From Longimicrobiales bacterium (GTDB lineage Bacteria > Gemmatimonadota > Gemmatimonadetes > Longimicrobiales > Gaopeijiaceae), in NCBI GenBank assembly GCA_965202805.1, contig OZ241869.1:256001-320000 (forward strand): a stretch of 64,000 bases of DNA, read 5' to 3'. The notes beneath the pieces are model-generated. The model did not search any database and was not told where the DNA came from. It saw only the letters and a list, made by a program, of their open reading frames with translations. Each line of letters begins with the position of its first letter. Position 1 is the stretch's first letter. Shown here in pieces: positions 1 to 10,057 of the stretch. The translations under genes were made by a program, and so were the position numbers.

Positions 1-140
1 AGAAAACCGGAGGGACGCATGCCACGTCGCCGACCAGGTCGAGGGACCGTGCGTCGCCGGCGGCCGCGGACGATCGTCCAGATGACGCGCTGGAGGGCTC
101 CGGGCGGACGACGGGAGACCGTTGAACCCGTCATGCGATT

Positions 141-157
141 TGTTTACAGTGTTCACA
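141..157. promoter_or_regulatory. Candidate TetR operator (imperfect palindrome TGTTTACAGTGTTCACA)
   Basis: AT-rich TGTnnACA-n-TGTnnACA dyad abutting the TetR start codon. Confidence 0.55.
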
Positions 158-840
158 TGGCAATTCAGCGATCCGACATCAGGAGCCACGCCACCGAGCT
201 CTACCTTTGCGGAGGGCTCAGGGCGCTGTCCATGCGCAACCTGGCGGCCAGGCTGGGCGTGACCGCGCCCGCCCTGTATCGCCACTACGGCAGCAAGGAC
301 GAAGTGCTGCGCGACATGGTGCGCGAGGCCTACCGGCAGTCGGCCACCTATATCCACCGGGCGCTCTCGGCCGCCACGCCCCTGGACCGGTTCCGCCGGG
401 CCGGTGAGGAAAACCTCGATTTCGCCCTGACGCACCCGCGCTGGTACGAGATGATGTACCTCTCCCCGGAGCGGTTCGGGTGGCCGGACTATCCGCCCGA
501 GGTGGCCGCACATGCCCATGCCACGCACCAGTTCTGGATGGATCGGGTGCGCGAGTGCGTGGATGCCGGGTACCTGCGGGCCGAGAACGACATCCGCGAC
601 GTGGGCATGACCATGTGGGCCCATTCCCACGGCCTGATCACGATCTACATGCGAGGACTCCTGGACCTGAGCGAGGCCCGGTTCCGGGATGTCTATCGCG
701 CCTCGGCCAGGCGGATGCTGCTGGGTCTGGGCACCCGGAAGCTGCTGCGTGAGGTGGGGGCGGATGAGCGTGGCGGAGAGGACGGGTCGGGGGAAGCGGA
801 CCATGTGCAGAACACCGAATACAGCGAGGCATACGGATGA
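157..840 (+). CDS. TetR/AcrR family transcriptional regulator (WHG-type C-terminal domain)
   Basis: HTH segment ALSMRNLAARLGVTAPALYRHYGSKD and C-terminal MWAHSHG. First gene of the efflux operon. Start chosen at ATG 157 (133 possible) rather than 19. Confidence 0.9.
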   Translation: MAIQRSDIRSHATELYLCGGLRALSMRNLAARLGVTAPALYRHYGSKDEVLRDMVREAYRQSATYIHRALSAATPLDRFRRAGEENLDFALTHPRWYEMMYLSPERFGWPDYPPEVAAHAHATHQFWMDRVRECVDAGYLRAENDIRDVGMTMWAHSHGLITIYMRGLLDLSEARFRDVYRASARRMLLGLGTRKLLREVGADERGGEDGSGEADHVQNTEYSEAYG

Positions 841-2381
841 TTAGCGATGCAGGGCGAGGGTGGATGGGAATCCTCCGCGGGTCGTGGGGGATGGGAAGGA
901 GAGTGAACGCTGTTCTCGCGATGATGCTGGCGCTGGCCACCATGTCGCCGGCCCTCCTGAGGGCTCAGCAGCCGGGTTCCGGGGCGGCCGCGCCGCCGCC
1001 GGGAGGGACGCTTACGCTCCCGGAGGCGGTCTCCATGGCACTCCGCCGCAACAACGACGTGCGGGACGCCCGGTTCGCGCTGGACCTGGCCAGGGAGCAG
1101 GTGTCGGAAGCGTGGGGGAGCGTCCTGCCGACCATCAGCATGAACGCGGACTACACGCGCAACGTCTCTCCCGCCGTGTCATTCCTTCCGGCCTTCATCT
1201 TCAATCCCGATGCGGGTCCCGACGAGCTCATCCAGGTGCAGTTCGGCGCGGACAACAGCTGGAACACGAGCGTAAGCCTGGAACAACCCCTCTTTGATGC
1301 ACGCGTATTCGTGGGCCTGGGGGCGGCCCAGCGCCTGGCGTCGATCCAGGAGGAGTTCGTGCGCGGGCGCAGCCAAAACCTGGTGACGCGGGTGCGGCTG
1401 GCCTACTACGATCTGCTGCTCGCGCAGGAGCAGGAGCGGCTCACGCGCAACTCGGTCACCCGGGTGCGCCAGTCCCTGAAGGAAACCAGCGCGATGAACC
1501 GGGCCGGGCTGGTGTCGGACTACGACAAGCTCCGCATCGAGGTCGAACTGGCGAACCTGGAGCCCAACCTGCGCCGCGCCGAGAACGCCGCGACCCAGTT
1601 CCGGCGGGTCCTCGCGGTGGAGCTCGCGCTGGAGGACCAGGAAAGCCTGCAGGTGGCCGGGTCGCTGGCCTCGATGGACCTGGAAGATCCGGCGGCCAAC
1701 ACGCCCGCCAACCGGGCGATCCTGGCGTTCGCGAGTTCCGAACCGCAGGAAGGCGCCGCCGAGCAGCGGGTTCAGGAGGCGTGGGAGCGCAGGTCCGATC
1801 TGCGCCAGCTGGAGATGACCGAGCGCCTGCGCCACTCCGAGATGCGGCTGGAGCAGATGCAGTATCTGCCCACGGTCTCGTTCTTCGGCAACTACGTGCT
1901 CCAGGCCCAGCAGAACGGAGCGCCGGACTTCTTCGGCGATCCGATGTCGCGGGCATCGGCCCAGGCGGTGGGGATCTCGGTGAGCGTCCCGATCTTCGAG
2001 GGCTTCCGCAAGGACGCCCGCGTCGACCAGCGCCGCGCGGCGTGGCGGCAGGCCGAGACCCAGTTCCGGTTCGCGCGCGACCAGGCCGCCAGCCAGGTCA
2101 AGTCGCTGGTGGAACTGGCCGAGGAGGCGCGGGCGCGGGCGCGGGGGCAGAGGCTGGCGGTGCAACAGGCGCAGCGCGGCTTCGAGATCGCCTCGGCGCA
2201 GTACCGGGAGGGTCTGAGCGGCCGGCTGGAGCTCACGGATGCCGAGGTGGCGCTCAGGCAGAGCGAGTTCAACTACGCGCAGGCCGTGTACGACTACCTG
2301 GTGGCCTGGGCGCAGCTCGACGAGGCGGTCGGCGCGGTGCCGATGGTGGATTCCGAGTTCACGCTGGCCGACGGCCAGTAG
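837..2381 (+). CDS. TolC family outer membrane efflux protein
   Basis: Signal peptide; LTLPEAVSMALRRN; two OEP-like repeats ending YREGLSGRLELTDAEVALRQ. True start may be about 891-903. Confidence 0.9.
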   Translation: MISDAGRGWMGILRGSWGMGRRVNAVLAMMLALATMSPALLRAQQPGSGAAAPPPGGTLTLPEAVSMALRRNNDVRDARFALDLAREQVSEAWGSVLPTISMNADYTRNVSPAVSFLPAFIFNPDAGPDELIQVQFGADNSWNTSVSLEQPLFDARVFVGLGAAQRLASIQEEFVRGRSQNLVTRVRLAYYDLLLAQEQERLTRNSVTRVRQSLKETSAMNRAGLVSDYDKLRIEVELANLEPNLRRAENAATQFRRVLAVELALEDQESLQVAGSLASMDLEDPAANTPANRAILAFASSEPQEGAAEQRVQEAWERRSDLRQLEMTERLRHSEMRLEQMQYLPTVSFFGNYVLQAQQNGAPDFFGDPMSRASAQAVGISVSVPIFEGFRKDARVDQRRAAWRQAETQFRFARDQAASQVKSLVELAEEARARARGQRLAVQQAQRGFEIASAQYREGLSGRLELTDAEVALRQSEFNYAQAVYDYLVAWAQLDEAVGAVPMVDSEFTLADGQ

Positions 2382-2459
2382 GCGGAGGCCCGCCCGGCGG
2401 ACGCAACAGGACGGCAGGCCCTCTCGACGAACGACACGAAGTCACATAAGGAAACAACG

Positions 2460-3536
2460 ATGAACCGAGCAGTACGGGGGATGACAAGGGGAGTGGCGCT
2501 GGGGCTCGCGGCTGTCGTGGCGGCCTGCAGCAGCAGCGCGGAGGCGGGCGACACCGTGCCGCCCATCATCGAGACCGCCACCCGAGTGATCAACGTCGAG
2601 GTCGATCCGATCGTGGCCGGCGACTTCACCGAGCTGATCCGGCTGACCGGCACCGTGCGCGCGAACCGCGATGTGGTGGTCTCGGCCACCGAGGCCGGGC
2701 TGGTGTCGGCGATCCTGGTGGATCAGGGGAATCCGGTCAGGTCCGGTCAGGCGGTGGCCCGCCTGGACGACACGCAGTTGCGGGCGCAGGTCGAGGAGGC
2801 GCGCGCCCGCGCGGACCTGGCGTGGGAGACCTGGGAGCGGTACAGGCGGCTCTTCGAGGAGGACCAGGTCGGATCCGAGTTGCAGTACCTCGAGGCCCGC
2901 TACGCCGCCGAGCAGTCCGCGGCCAGCCTGACCGCGCTCTCCGCGCGGCTGGACGCGACCATCATCCGCGCGCCCTTCGGAGGGGTGCTCGACTCCCGGG
3001 ACATCGAACTCGGCAGCATGATCATGCCGGGGACGCCGGTGGCGCGCGTGGTCGATCTCGACCCGGTGCGGATCCGCGGCGGCGTGCCCGAGCGGTTCGC
3101 GCTCGACGTGCGGCCCGGCTCGCAGGCCACCGTGACCTTCCAGGTTCTGGAGGGCGAGGTGTTCGAGGGCGACATCACCTACGTCGGCGCCGCGGTGGAT
3201 CCCGAGGACCGCACCTTCCCGGTCGAGCTGACCCTCGCCAACCCCGGCGGGCTGATCAAGCCGGAGATGGTGGCGAATATCGAGATCGTGCGCGAGACCC
3301 GCACGGACGTGGTGGTGGTGCCGCGGGAGGTGCTGCTCAGGGTCGAGGACGGCTACGTCGCGTACGTGGTGGAAGGTGCCGGTGACGATGGAGTGGCGCG
3401 GCTGCGCGAGGTCCGGTTGGGCCCCGCCCAGCGCAACCTCGTCGTCATAGAGGAGGGCCTTCAGGCCGGAGATCGGCTCGTCGTCATCGGCCAGCAGCTG
3501 ATCGCCGACGGCGACCGGGTGCGGGTGGTCAACTGA
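2460..3536 (+). CDS. RND efflux periplasmic adaptor (membrane fusion protein), lipoprotein
   Basis: Lipobox VAAC; IRAPFGG, VDPEDRTF, LIKPEM, GLQAGDRLVVIG motifs; lies between TolC and RND genes. Confidence 0.92.
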   Translation: MNRAVRGMTRGVALGLAAVVAACSSSAEAGDTVPPIIETATRVINVEVDPIVAGDFTELIRLTGTVRANRDVVVSATEAGLVSAILVDQGNPVRSGQAVARLDDTQLRAQVEEARARADLAWETWERYRRLFEEDQVGSELQYLEARYAAEQSAASLTALSARLDATIIRAPFGGVLDSRDIELGSMIMPGTPVARVVDLDPVRIRGGVPERFALDVRPGSQATVTFQVLEGEVFEGDITYVGAAVDPEDRTFPVELTLANPGGLIKPEMVANIEIVRETRTDVVVVPREVLLRVEDGYVAYVVEGAGDDGVARLREVRLGPAQRNLVVIEEGLQAGDRLVVIGQQLIADGDRVRVVN

Positions 3537-3607
3537 GAAGCAGAGTGCACGGGCGGAGCGCCGCGAGGCGGTTCCGCGCCGAAGCCGGGTCTGCACAACC
3601 CGGCTGA

Positions 3608-6600
3608 TTGAACCCGAGAGAGACGGATATGTCAGAGTTCAGGGACGAACGGACGGGCGCAGAGGCGAACGCGAAGGCCCAGGACGTCGGCGCGGGCCGG
3701 CCCCGCGACGACGCGGGCTACCTGGCGCGCTTCAAGGAATTCGTGTTGACCAGCTTCGCCATCAACCACCGCACCAGTTCCGTGGTATTGCTGCTCCTCA
3801 TCACGATCACCGGCCTTGCTTCCTACCGCGTGATTCCAAAGGAGTCGTTTCCGGAGATCGAGATTCCCCTGATTGCCGTGAACACCATCTACCCGGGGGT
3901 GTCGCCGGCCGACATCGAAACGCTGGTCACCCGCCCGATCGAGGAGGAACTCAGCACCATCTCCGACATCAAGGAGCTGTCGTCCACCTCCATCGAAGGG
4001 TATTCCAGCGTTACCGCCGAGTTCGAGACCACGGTCAACATCGAGGAGGCGCTCCAGCAGATCCGCGAGAAGGTCGATCTGGCCAAGCCGGAGCTGCCGG
4101 AGGACGCGGAGGAGCCCGCCATCCTGGAGTTCACCTTCTCCGAACTCCCCATCATGCAGGTGAACCTCGCGGGTGACTTCGACCTGGTCTACCTGAAGGA
4201 GATCGCCGAGGACCTGCAGGACGAACTGGAGAGCGTTCCCGAGATCCTGCGCGTGGATGTGCGGGGCGGGCTCGAGCGCGAGGTCAAGGTGGATGTCCAC
4301 CTGTCGAGGCTCCAGTTCTACAACCTGGCGCTCCAGGACGTCATCGACGCGATCGCGGCCGAGAACGTCAACATCCCGGGCGGCTCCATCGACGTGGGCA
4401 ACCAGAGGTTCCTTGTCCGGGTGGACGGCGAGTTCGACGATCCCGAGCTGATCCAGGATCTGGTCATCACCGCCGACGATGCGGGTCCCATCTACGTCCG
4501 CGACCTGGCGGACGTCGAGTTCGGCTTCGCGGAGCGCGAGAGCTACGCCCGGCTGGACGGGTCGCCGGTCGTGACGCTCGACATCGTCAAGCGCTCGGGA
4601 GAGAACATCATCGAGACCGCGGACCGGGTGAGGGCGGCCATCGACGAGATGACGCCCCTCTTCCCCGCGACCATGACGGTGAAGATCACCGGGGACATGT
4701 CGCGCGACATCTTCTCAATGGTGAGCTCGCTCGAGAACAACATCATCTCCGGCCTCATCCTGATCGTGAGCGTGCTGCTCTTCTTCCTGGGGCTGCGCAC
4801 CTCGCTCTTCGTCGCCATCTCGATCCCCTCCTCGATGTTCCTGTCCTTCGGGGTGCTCAGGCTGCTGGGCGTGTCCATGAACATGGTCGTGCTCTTCTCG
4901 CTCATCCTCGCGCTGGGGATGCTGGTCGACAACGCGATCGTGGTGGTGGAGAACATCTACCGCTACGTGGAGCGCGGGTGGAACCGGAGGCTCGCGGCCA
5001 AGAAGGCCACGGGCGAGGTGGCCGGTCCGGTGATCGCCGCGACGCTCACCACGCTGGCGGCCTTCGCGCCGCTCCTGTTCTGGCCCGGCATCTCGGGCGA
5101 GTTCATGGGCTATCTGCCCACGACCCTCATCGTGACCCTCTCCAGCTCGCTCTTCGTGGCGCTGGTGATCGTTCCGACGCTGTGCTCGATGTTCATCCTG
5201 CGCGAGGGGGAGGAGCCTCCGCCGCTCACGCGGGCGGCGCGCCTCACTCTGGTCGGCGTCAGCGCGGGGGTGATTCTCGGTTTCGCGCTAGCCAATCCGC
5301 TCACGGCTGCGCTGCTGCTCGTCACCGCGGGCCTGCTGTGGGGCCTCTACCACTTCGCGATCAAGCGCGCGGCCGCGGCCTTCCAGCACTGGTGGCTCGA
5401 GCGGGCGATCGTCTTCTACGAAGCCCAGTTGACGCGCGCGCTCAACCACCCCGTCCTGGTGCTGGCCGGTTGCGCGGCGATGCTCGTCGTGACCGTGGTC
5501 CTGTTCGGGCGGTTCAACGCCGGGGTGGAGTACTTCCCCGAAGCCATTCCACCCCGGCAGATCATGATCGACGTGGACGCCCCGACCGGCACCCGCGCCG
5601 ACTTCACCGACCGGCTCGTGCGCCGCATCGAGGACAAACTGCCCGCCTACGAGGGGGTTTCGCTCGATGGCGAGTCGGTGGTGGCCACCGTGGGCGGAGG
5701 TGGCGGAGGCGGTCCGATGGGCGGCGGCCCCGGCGGGCCGGATGCCGGGCTCGTGACCATCTCCATGGTGGAGTTCCAGGACCAGCGGACGGACGCCTTC
5801 CAGACGCTGGCGGCGCTGCAGGAGACCATCGCCGACGACCTCGCGGGAGCCGAGATTTCCGTCGACAAGGCCGAAGAGGGACCCGCCACCGGCCCGCCCG
5901 TGAACGTGGAGCTGATCGGCTCCGACCCCGACCTGCTGAGCGATCTCGCCGACGAGATGATCGCCGCCCTGCAGGCGGATCCCGTCTACGCCAAGCTGGT
6001 TCGCCTCAACTCGAACCTCGACGACGCCCGCCCCGAGCTGGGCGTGCGCGTGGACCGCGAGAGGGCGGCGCTCTACGGGCTCTCGACCTTCCGCGTGGGC
6101 CAGGCCATCCGCGGCGCCATCCAGGGCATCGAAGCCGCGAAGTACCGGACGGGCAACGACGAGTACGACATCATCGTGCGCCTGGCGGAGGAGGACCGGG
6201 ACGAGCTCAGCACCCTGTCCGAACTCACGGTGCTGTCGGAGGGCGACCCCATCCCCCTGCTCTCGGTCGCGTCCTGGGAAGTCGGGGAGGGCGCCGGCTC
6301 CATCCAGCGCCTGGACATGGACCGGTCGGTGACGGTGTCGTCGGAAGTGCGCGCCGGCTTCAACTCGAACGCCGTGCTGGGCGAGGTTCAGCTGGCGCTC
6401 GCCGCCTTCGCGGAGTCGCTCCCTCCGGGATACCAGATCCGCTACACGGGCGAAAACGAGGAGCAGGCCGAGGCCCAGGCCTTCCTCACCACCGCGTTCC
6501 TGATGGCGCTCTTCCTCATCGGCTTCATCCTCATCTCGCAGTTCAACTCGCTGGTCAAGCCCTTCATCATCCTGACCTCGGTGATCATGTCCACGGTCGG

Positions 6601-7069
6601 CGTGCTGCTGGGGCTGATGGTGTTCCGCATGCCCTTCGGCATCATCATGACCGGCGTGGGCATCATCTCGCTTGCCGGGATCGTGGTGAACAACGCCATT
6701 GTGCTCATCGACTACATCGACGTGCTGCGCGGCCGCGACGGGGTGAACCGCCGGGACGCGCTGGTGCTGGGCGGCATGACCCGCTTCCGGCCGGTGGTGC
6801 TGACCGCGGTCACCACGGCGCTCGGTCTGGTGCCGCTCGCGATCGGGCTCAACTTCGACTTCTTCGGCCTGTACGGCAGCCTCACCCCCGACCTGTACTG
6901 GGGAGGAGACCAGGCCGCGTGGTGGGGACCGATGGCGATCGCGGTGATCGCGGGGATCATCTTCGCGACCTTCCTCACCCTGATCGTGGTGCCGGTCATG
7001 TACCAGGTGGTCGACGACATCGGGCGATTCTTCCGCAGGCACTATTCGTCGCGGGCGGCCCATACATGA
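3608..7069 (+). CDS. RND efflux permease (AcrB/AcrD/AcrF family)
   Basis: About 1150 aa; GMLVDNAIVVVENIYR, GIVVNNAIVLID, RFRPVVLT motifs. Start probably ATG 3629. Confidence 0.95.
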   Translation: MNPRETDMSEFRDERTGAEANAKAQDVGAGRPRDDAGYLARFKEFVLTSFAINHRTSSVVLLLLITITGLASYRVIPKESFPEIEIPLIAVNTIYPGVSPADIETLVTRPIEEELSTISDIKELSSTSIEGYSSVTAEFETTVNIEEALQQIREKVDLAKPELPEDAEEPAILEFTFSELPIMQVNLAGDFDLVYLKEIAEDLQDELESVPEILRVDVRGGLEREVKVDVHLSRLQFYNLALQDVIDAIAAENVNIPGGSIDVGNQRFLVRVDGEFDDPELIQDLVITADDAGPIYVRDLADVEFGFAERESYARLDGSPVVTLDIVKRSGENIIETADRVRAAIDEMTPLFPATMTVKITGDMSRDIFSMVSSLENNIISGLILIVSVLLFFLGLRTSLFVAISIPSSMFLSFGVLRLLGVSMNMVVLFSLILALGMLVDNAIVVVENIYRYVERGWNRRLAAKKATGEVAGPVIAATLTTLAAFAPLLFWPGISGEFMGYLPTTLIVTLSSSLFVALVIVPTLCSMFILREGEEPPPLTRAARLTLVGVSAGVILGFALANPLTAALLLVTAGLLWGLYHFAIKRAAAAFQHWWLERAIVFYEAQLTRALNHPVLVLAGCAAMLVVTVVLFGRFNAGVEYFPEAIPPRQIMIDVDAPTGTRADFTDRLVRRIEDKLPAYEGVSLDGESVVATVGGGGGGGPMGGGPGGPDAGLVTISMVEFQDQRTDAFQTLAALQETIADDLAGAEISVDKAEEGPATGPPVNVELIGSDPDLLSDLADEMIAALQADPVYAKLVRLNSNLDDARPELGVRVDRERAALYGLSTFRVGQAIRGAIQGIEAAKYRTGNDEYDIIVRLAEEDRDELSTLSELTVLSEGDPIPLLSVASWEVGEGAGSIQRLDMDRSVTVSSEVRAGFNSNAVLGEVQLALAAFAESLPPGYQIRYTGENEEQAEAQAFLTTAFLMALFLIGFILISQFNSLVKPFIILTSVIMSTVGVLLGLMVFRMPFGIIMTGVGIISLAGIVVNNAIVLIDYIDVLRGRDGVNRRDALVLGGMTRFRPVVLTAVTTALGLVPLAIGLNFDFFGLYGSLTPDLYWGGDQAAWWGPMAIAVIAGIIFATFLTLIVVPVMYQVVDDIGRFFRRHYSSRAAHT

Positions 7070-7230
7070 CGTGGCGCCGCCCGGGCCCATCGGCCCGATG
7101 CCGATCAGTCGCGGCCGGATGCCTGCCTGCCGCCTGCGGGGGTTTGCTTTCGCGCCCCCGCGCGGCCACACTATAGGCAGGAAATCGTACCTTTCGCGTT
7201 CGTCTCGCTCTCATGCCTGAGGAGGTTGCC

Positions 7231-8409
7231 ATGCATTCGAGGAATTCCGTCACCCGCCGCCGCTTCATGGGAGGAGCAGCCGCGGCGCTGGGGTACGCCG
7301 GGCTAAGGCCCACCGGACTGCTGGGGTGGGATTCGCCGCCGCGCTCGCTCCGGCTGACGCCTCAGGAGTACGACTACGATTCGTTCGCCAAGCTCTCTTC
7401 CAACGAGAATCCCTACGGTCCGTCCGACCGCATGATGGAGGCGATGAACGGCGCCTGGAAGTACGCGAACCGGTACGGCTATCCGGACGGCGACATCCAG
7501 GAGAAGATCGCCGAGCACCACGGCGTGGCACCGGAGAACATCCTGATGGGCGCGGGCTCGGGCGAGACCCTCCGGGTGGTGGCGCACACCTACCTCGGGC
7601 ACAAGAAGAAGGTCATCGGCGTCCGGCCGACCTACCTGAGCGTCTTCAGCGTCGCTACCGGGATCGACGCGGACGCCATCATGCTGCCGCTGCTCGACGA
7701 CTACTCGCAGGACATCCCGGCGATGATCGACGCCACCCTCAGGAACTACCGGGACGTCGGGCTCTTCTACCTGTGCAACCCCAACAACCCGACCGGCATG
7801 GTGGTGTCGGCCGACGACATCCGGCGGGTGCTGGACGAAATCCCCGAGGACATCCCCGTTCTCATCGACGAAGCCTACCATCACTTCGTCGAGGATCCCT
7901 CCTACGAGACGGCGGTGCCCTACGTGAACGAAGGGCGCAAGGTCATCGTCGCGCGCACCTTCTCCAAGATCTACGGCATGGCCGGCCTGCGCCTCGGCTA
8001 CGGCATCGCGCCGCCCGACATGATCAGCGACATGCGCACCTATACCACCGGCAGCGTGAACGCACTGGTGAGGTGGGGCGGAGTCGCCGCGCTCGAGGAT
8101 CTGGAGAACGAGCGCTTCGTGCGCGAGACCACGCTGCGCCTGCGCAAGCAGACCACCGAAGAGCTCCAGGCGATGGGCTATGAGGTGCTCCCCTCGGAGA
8201 CCAACTTCTTCATGGTGCACACCGGGCGTCCCGCCGCCGAGGTCCGGGCCGCGTTCCGGGAGAGGGGCGTGCTCGTGGGCCGCGACTTCCCGCCCATGCT
8301 CGACTACCTGCGGGTATCGGTCGGCACCGAAGAGGAGATGGCGCGCTTCATGACGGCGTGGAAGGAGATCCTGCCGCCCAGAACCGCCACCACGACGACC
8401 TCCGGCTGA
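7231..8409 (+). CDS. Histidinol-phosphate aminotransferase-like PLP enzyme with twin-arginine signal peptide
   Basis: LSSNENPYG, CNPNNPTG, IDEAY, RTFSKIYGMAGLRLGY motifs; N-terminal VTRRRFMGGAAAALG. Confidence 0.88.
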   Translation: MHSRNSVTRRRFMGGAAAALGYAGLRPTGLLGWDSPPRSLRLTPQEYDYDSFAKLSSNENPYGPSDRMMEAMNGAWKYANRYGYPDGDIQEKIAEHHGVAPENILMGAGSGETLRVVAHTYLGHKKKVIGVRPTYLSVFSVATGIDADAIMLPLLDDYSQDIPAMIDATLRNYRDVGLFYLCNPNNPTGMVVSADDIRRVLDEIPEDIPVLIDEAYHHFVEDPSYETAVPYVNEGRKVIVARTFSKIYGMAGLRLGYGIAPPDMISDMRTYTTGSVNALVRWGGVAALEDLENERFVRETTLRLRKQTTEELQAMGYEVLPSETNFFMVHTGRPAAEVRAAFRERGVLVGRDFPPMLDYLRVSVGTEEEMARFMTAWKEILPPRTATTTTSG

Positions 8410-8440
8410 TCGCGGCGGCGTCCGCGGCCTCGGAACAGAC

Positions 8441-8477
8441 GGGGCCGGTCCCGGAACAGGGGGCCGGCCCCGCTTTT
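8441..8477 (+). terminator. Probable intrinsic terminator
   Basis: GC-rich hairpin GGGGCCGGTCCC...GGGGCCGGCCCC followed by GCTTTT, about 30 nt after the aminotransferase stop. Confidence 0.6.
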
Positions 8478-8618
8478 CGCCAGAGCGCCTTCGTGCGGGA
8501 CGCCCTGCGCCGGCAGCTTGCCCTCGAGCGCCTCGATGCCCTCCGGCAGCGCATCATGCCCTTCGCCGAAAGCCGCGGTTATCTGACCGATGAGGATGTC
8601 TTCCGCGACGTCTCGTGA
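8478..8618 (+). pseudogene. 5'-truncated ribbon-helix-helix/CopG-type antitoxin
   Basis: SAFVRDALRRQLALERLDALRQRIMPFAESRGYLTDEDVF resembles the C-terminus of PIN-associated antitoxins. No start codon after the terminator. GTGA overlap with the PIN gene. Confidence 0.65.
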
Positions 8619-9029
8619 GGGTCTTCCTCGACACCAGCGTGGTGGTCGGCGCACTGGCCACCAGGGGGATCTGCTCCGACGTCCTGCACATCATCGTCTC
8701 CGAACACGATCTGCTGCTGAGCGAGACCGTCCTTCACGAGCTCGAGCGGGTGCTCGGCGGCAAGTTCGGCGTGCCGGCCGATGCCGTTCAAGAGGCGAAG
8801 AGGTTCCTGCGCGAAGAAGCCGCCACCGTTGTGCAGGTCGGCCAACCTCCAGCGGACGTCACGCTGCGTGACCCGGACGACGTTGCGGTCCTCGCCGAGG
8901 CGGTGGCGTCGAACGCGGACCTCCTTGTGACGGGAGACCGGGACCTGCTCGATGTCGCCGCGAACCTGCCGGTCATCCATCGCGAGTCCGCGCGAGTTCT
9001 GGGCGTTGCTGCGCGAGGAGGACCCGTAA
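8615..9029 (+). pseudogene. PIN-domain toxin with frameshift near its C-terminus
   Basis: MRVFLDTSV, RDPDD, LVTGDRDLL PIN motifs. Canonical tail IASPREFWALL...TAA (9027-9029) lies in another frame after a CATC-CATC duplication at 8974-8981. Confidence 0.75.
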
Positions 9030-9079
9030 TGGCCGGCTCCGAGCCGGGATCCGCCTCTTCCCGCCCAAGGGAGACTGGA

Positions 9080-10057
9080 ATGAACGACTTCTACGATGCC
9101 GTCTCGCCGGTTACGGGCGAAGTCTACAAGCCGCTCGACGATCTGCGTTTCATGGGGGGAACCACCCTCCTGCGCGCACCGCCGGCCACCACCCTGGACG
9201 GGCTCGACATCGCCCTCGTCGGCGTGCCGACGGACCACGGCGTGACCTTCCAGCCGGGCGCGCGGCACGGGCCGCGGGAGATCCGCAACCGGTCCAACGT
9301 GGTGCGCAGGATCAACGCGCTTACGAGGGTCGATCCCTTCTCGCTGTGCCGGATCGCCGATGTCGGCGACGTGCGACTCGACAGCATCTACCGTCTGGAC
9401 GACGTCGTCGCCCGGATCGAAGCCCACTTCACCCGCCTGCACGCGGCGGGCCCGGTGCCGCTGAGCGCGGGGGGAGACCATTCGATCACCTATCCGATCA
9501 TGAAGGCGCTGGGAGCCGGGCGGCCGCTCGGCATGGTGCAGATCGACGCGCATCTCGACACCTGGGACGCGATCGGCGGTTCGAAATACCACCACGGAGC
9601 TCCCTTCCGCCGCGCCGTCGAAGCGGGTGTGCTCGATCCCGAACGCTCGATCCAGATCGGCATCCGCGGCTACCAGAACTTCCTCGACGGCTTCGAGTTC
9701 TCGATGGCGCACGGCATGCGGGTCGTGCAGATCGACGAGTTCCAGCGGCTGGGGGTGGAGGCGGTCGTGGAGGAGGCGCGCCGGGTGGTCGGCGACGGCC
9801 CGGCCTACATCACCCTCGACGTGGACGGGATCGACCCTGCATACACGCCGGGAACCGGAACGCCGGAGATCGGCGGGCTAACCACGCGCGAGGCGATCGC
9901 GCTCCTGCACGGCCTGCGGGGGCTCAACCTCGTGGGAGGCGATGTGGTGGAGGTCGCCCCGCCTCTCGATCCGAGCGGGGGCACGGCGCTGGTCGGCGCA
10001 TCGCTGATGTACGAGATCCTGTGCCTGCTCGCGGAGTGCATCGCTTCCCGCCGATAG
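9080..10057 (+). CDS. Agmatinase/ureohydrolase family protein
   Basis: GARHGP, GGDHSIT, DAHLD, DVDGIDP, GTGTPE and VEVAP metal-binding motifs; RBS AAGGGAG before ATG 9080. Confidence 0.92.
   Translation: MNDFYDAVSPVTGEVYKPLDDLRFMGGTTLLRAPPATTLDGLDIALVGVPTDHGVTFQPGARHGPREIRNRSNVVRRINALTRVDPFSLCRIADVGDVRLDSIYRLDDVVARIEAHFTRLHAAGPVPLSAGGDHSITYPIMKALGAGRPLGMVQIDAHLDTWDAIGGSKYHHGAPFRRAVEAGVLDPERSIQIGIRGYQNFLDGFEFSMAHGMRVVQIDEFQRLGVEAVVEEARRVVGDGPAYITLDVDGIDPAYTPGTGTPEIGGLTTREAIALLHGLRGLNLVGGDVVEVAPPLDPSGGTALVGASLMYEILCLLAECIASRR

Noticed and set aside
19..156. Long N-terminal extensions given by the ORF track (also cysNC 14629, cysD 15561, egtD 53218, S9 35388, TesA 29870, ArsI 45768)
   Set aside because: The extensions overlap neighbouring genes or lack homology-like character; downstream starts with RBS or stop-start coupling fit better.
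3583..3605. Hairpin AGCCGGGT...ACCCGGCT as a terminator
   Set aside because: Lies inside the efflux operon and has no U-tract; at most an mRNA stability element.
8615..10057. Novel 480-aa PIN-agmatinase fusion protein
   Set aside because: Explained by a 4-bp duplication frameshift; the agmatinase has its own RBS and start.
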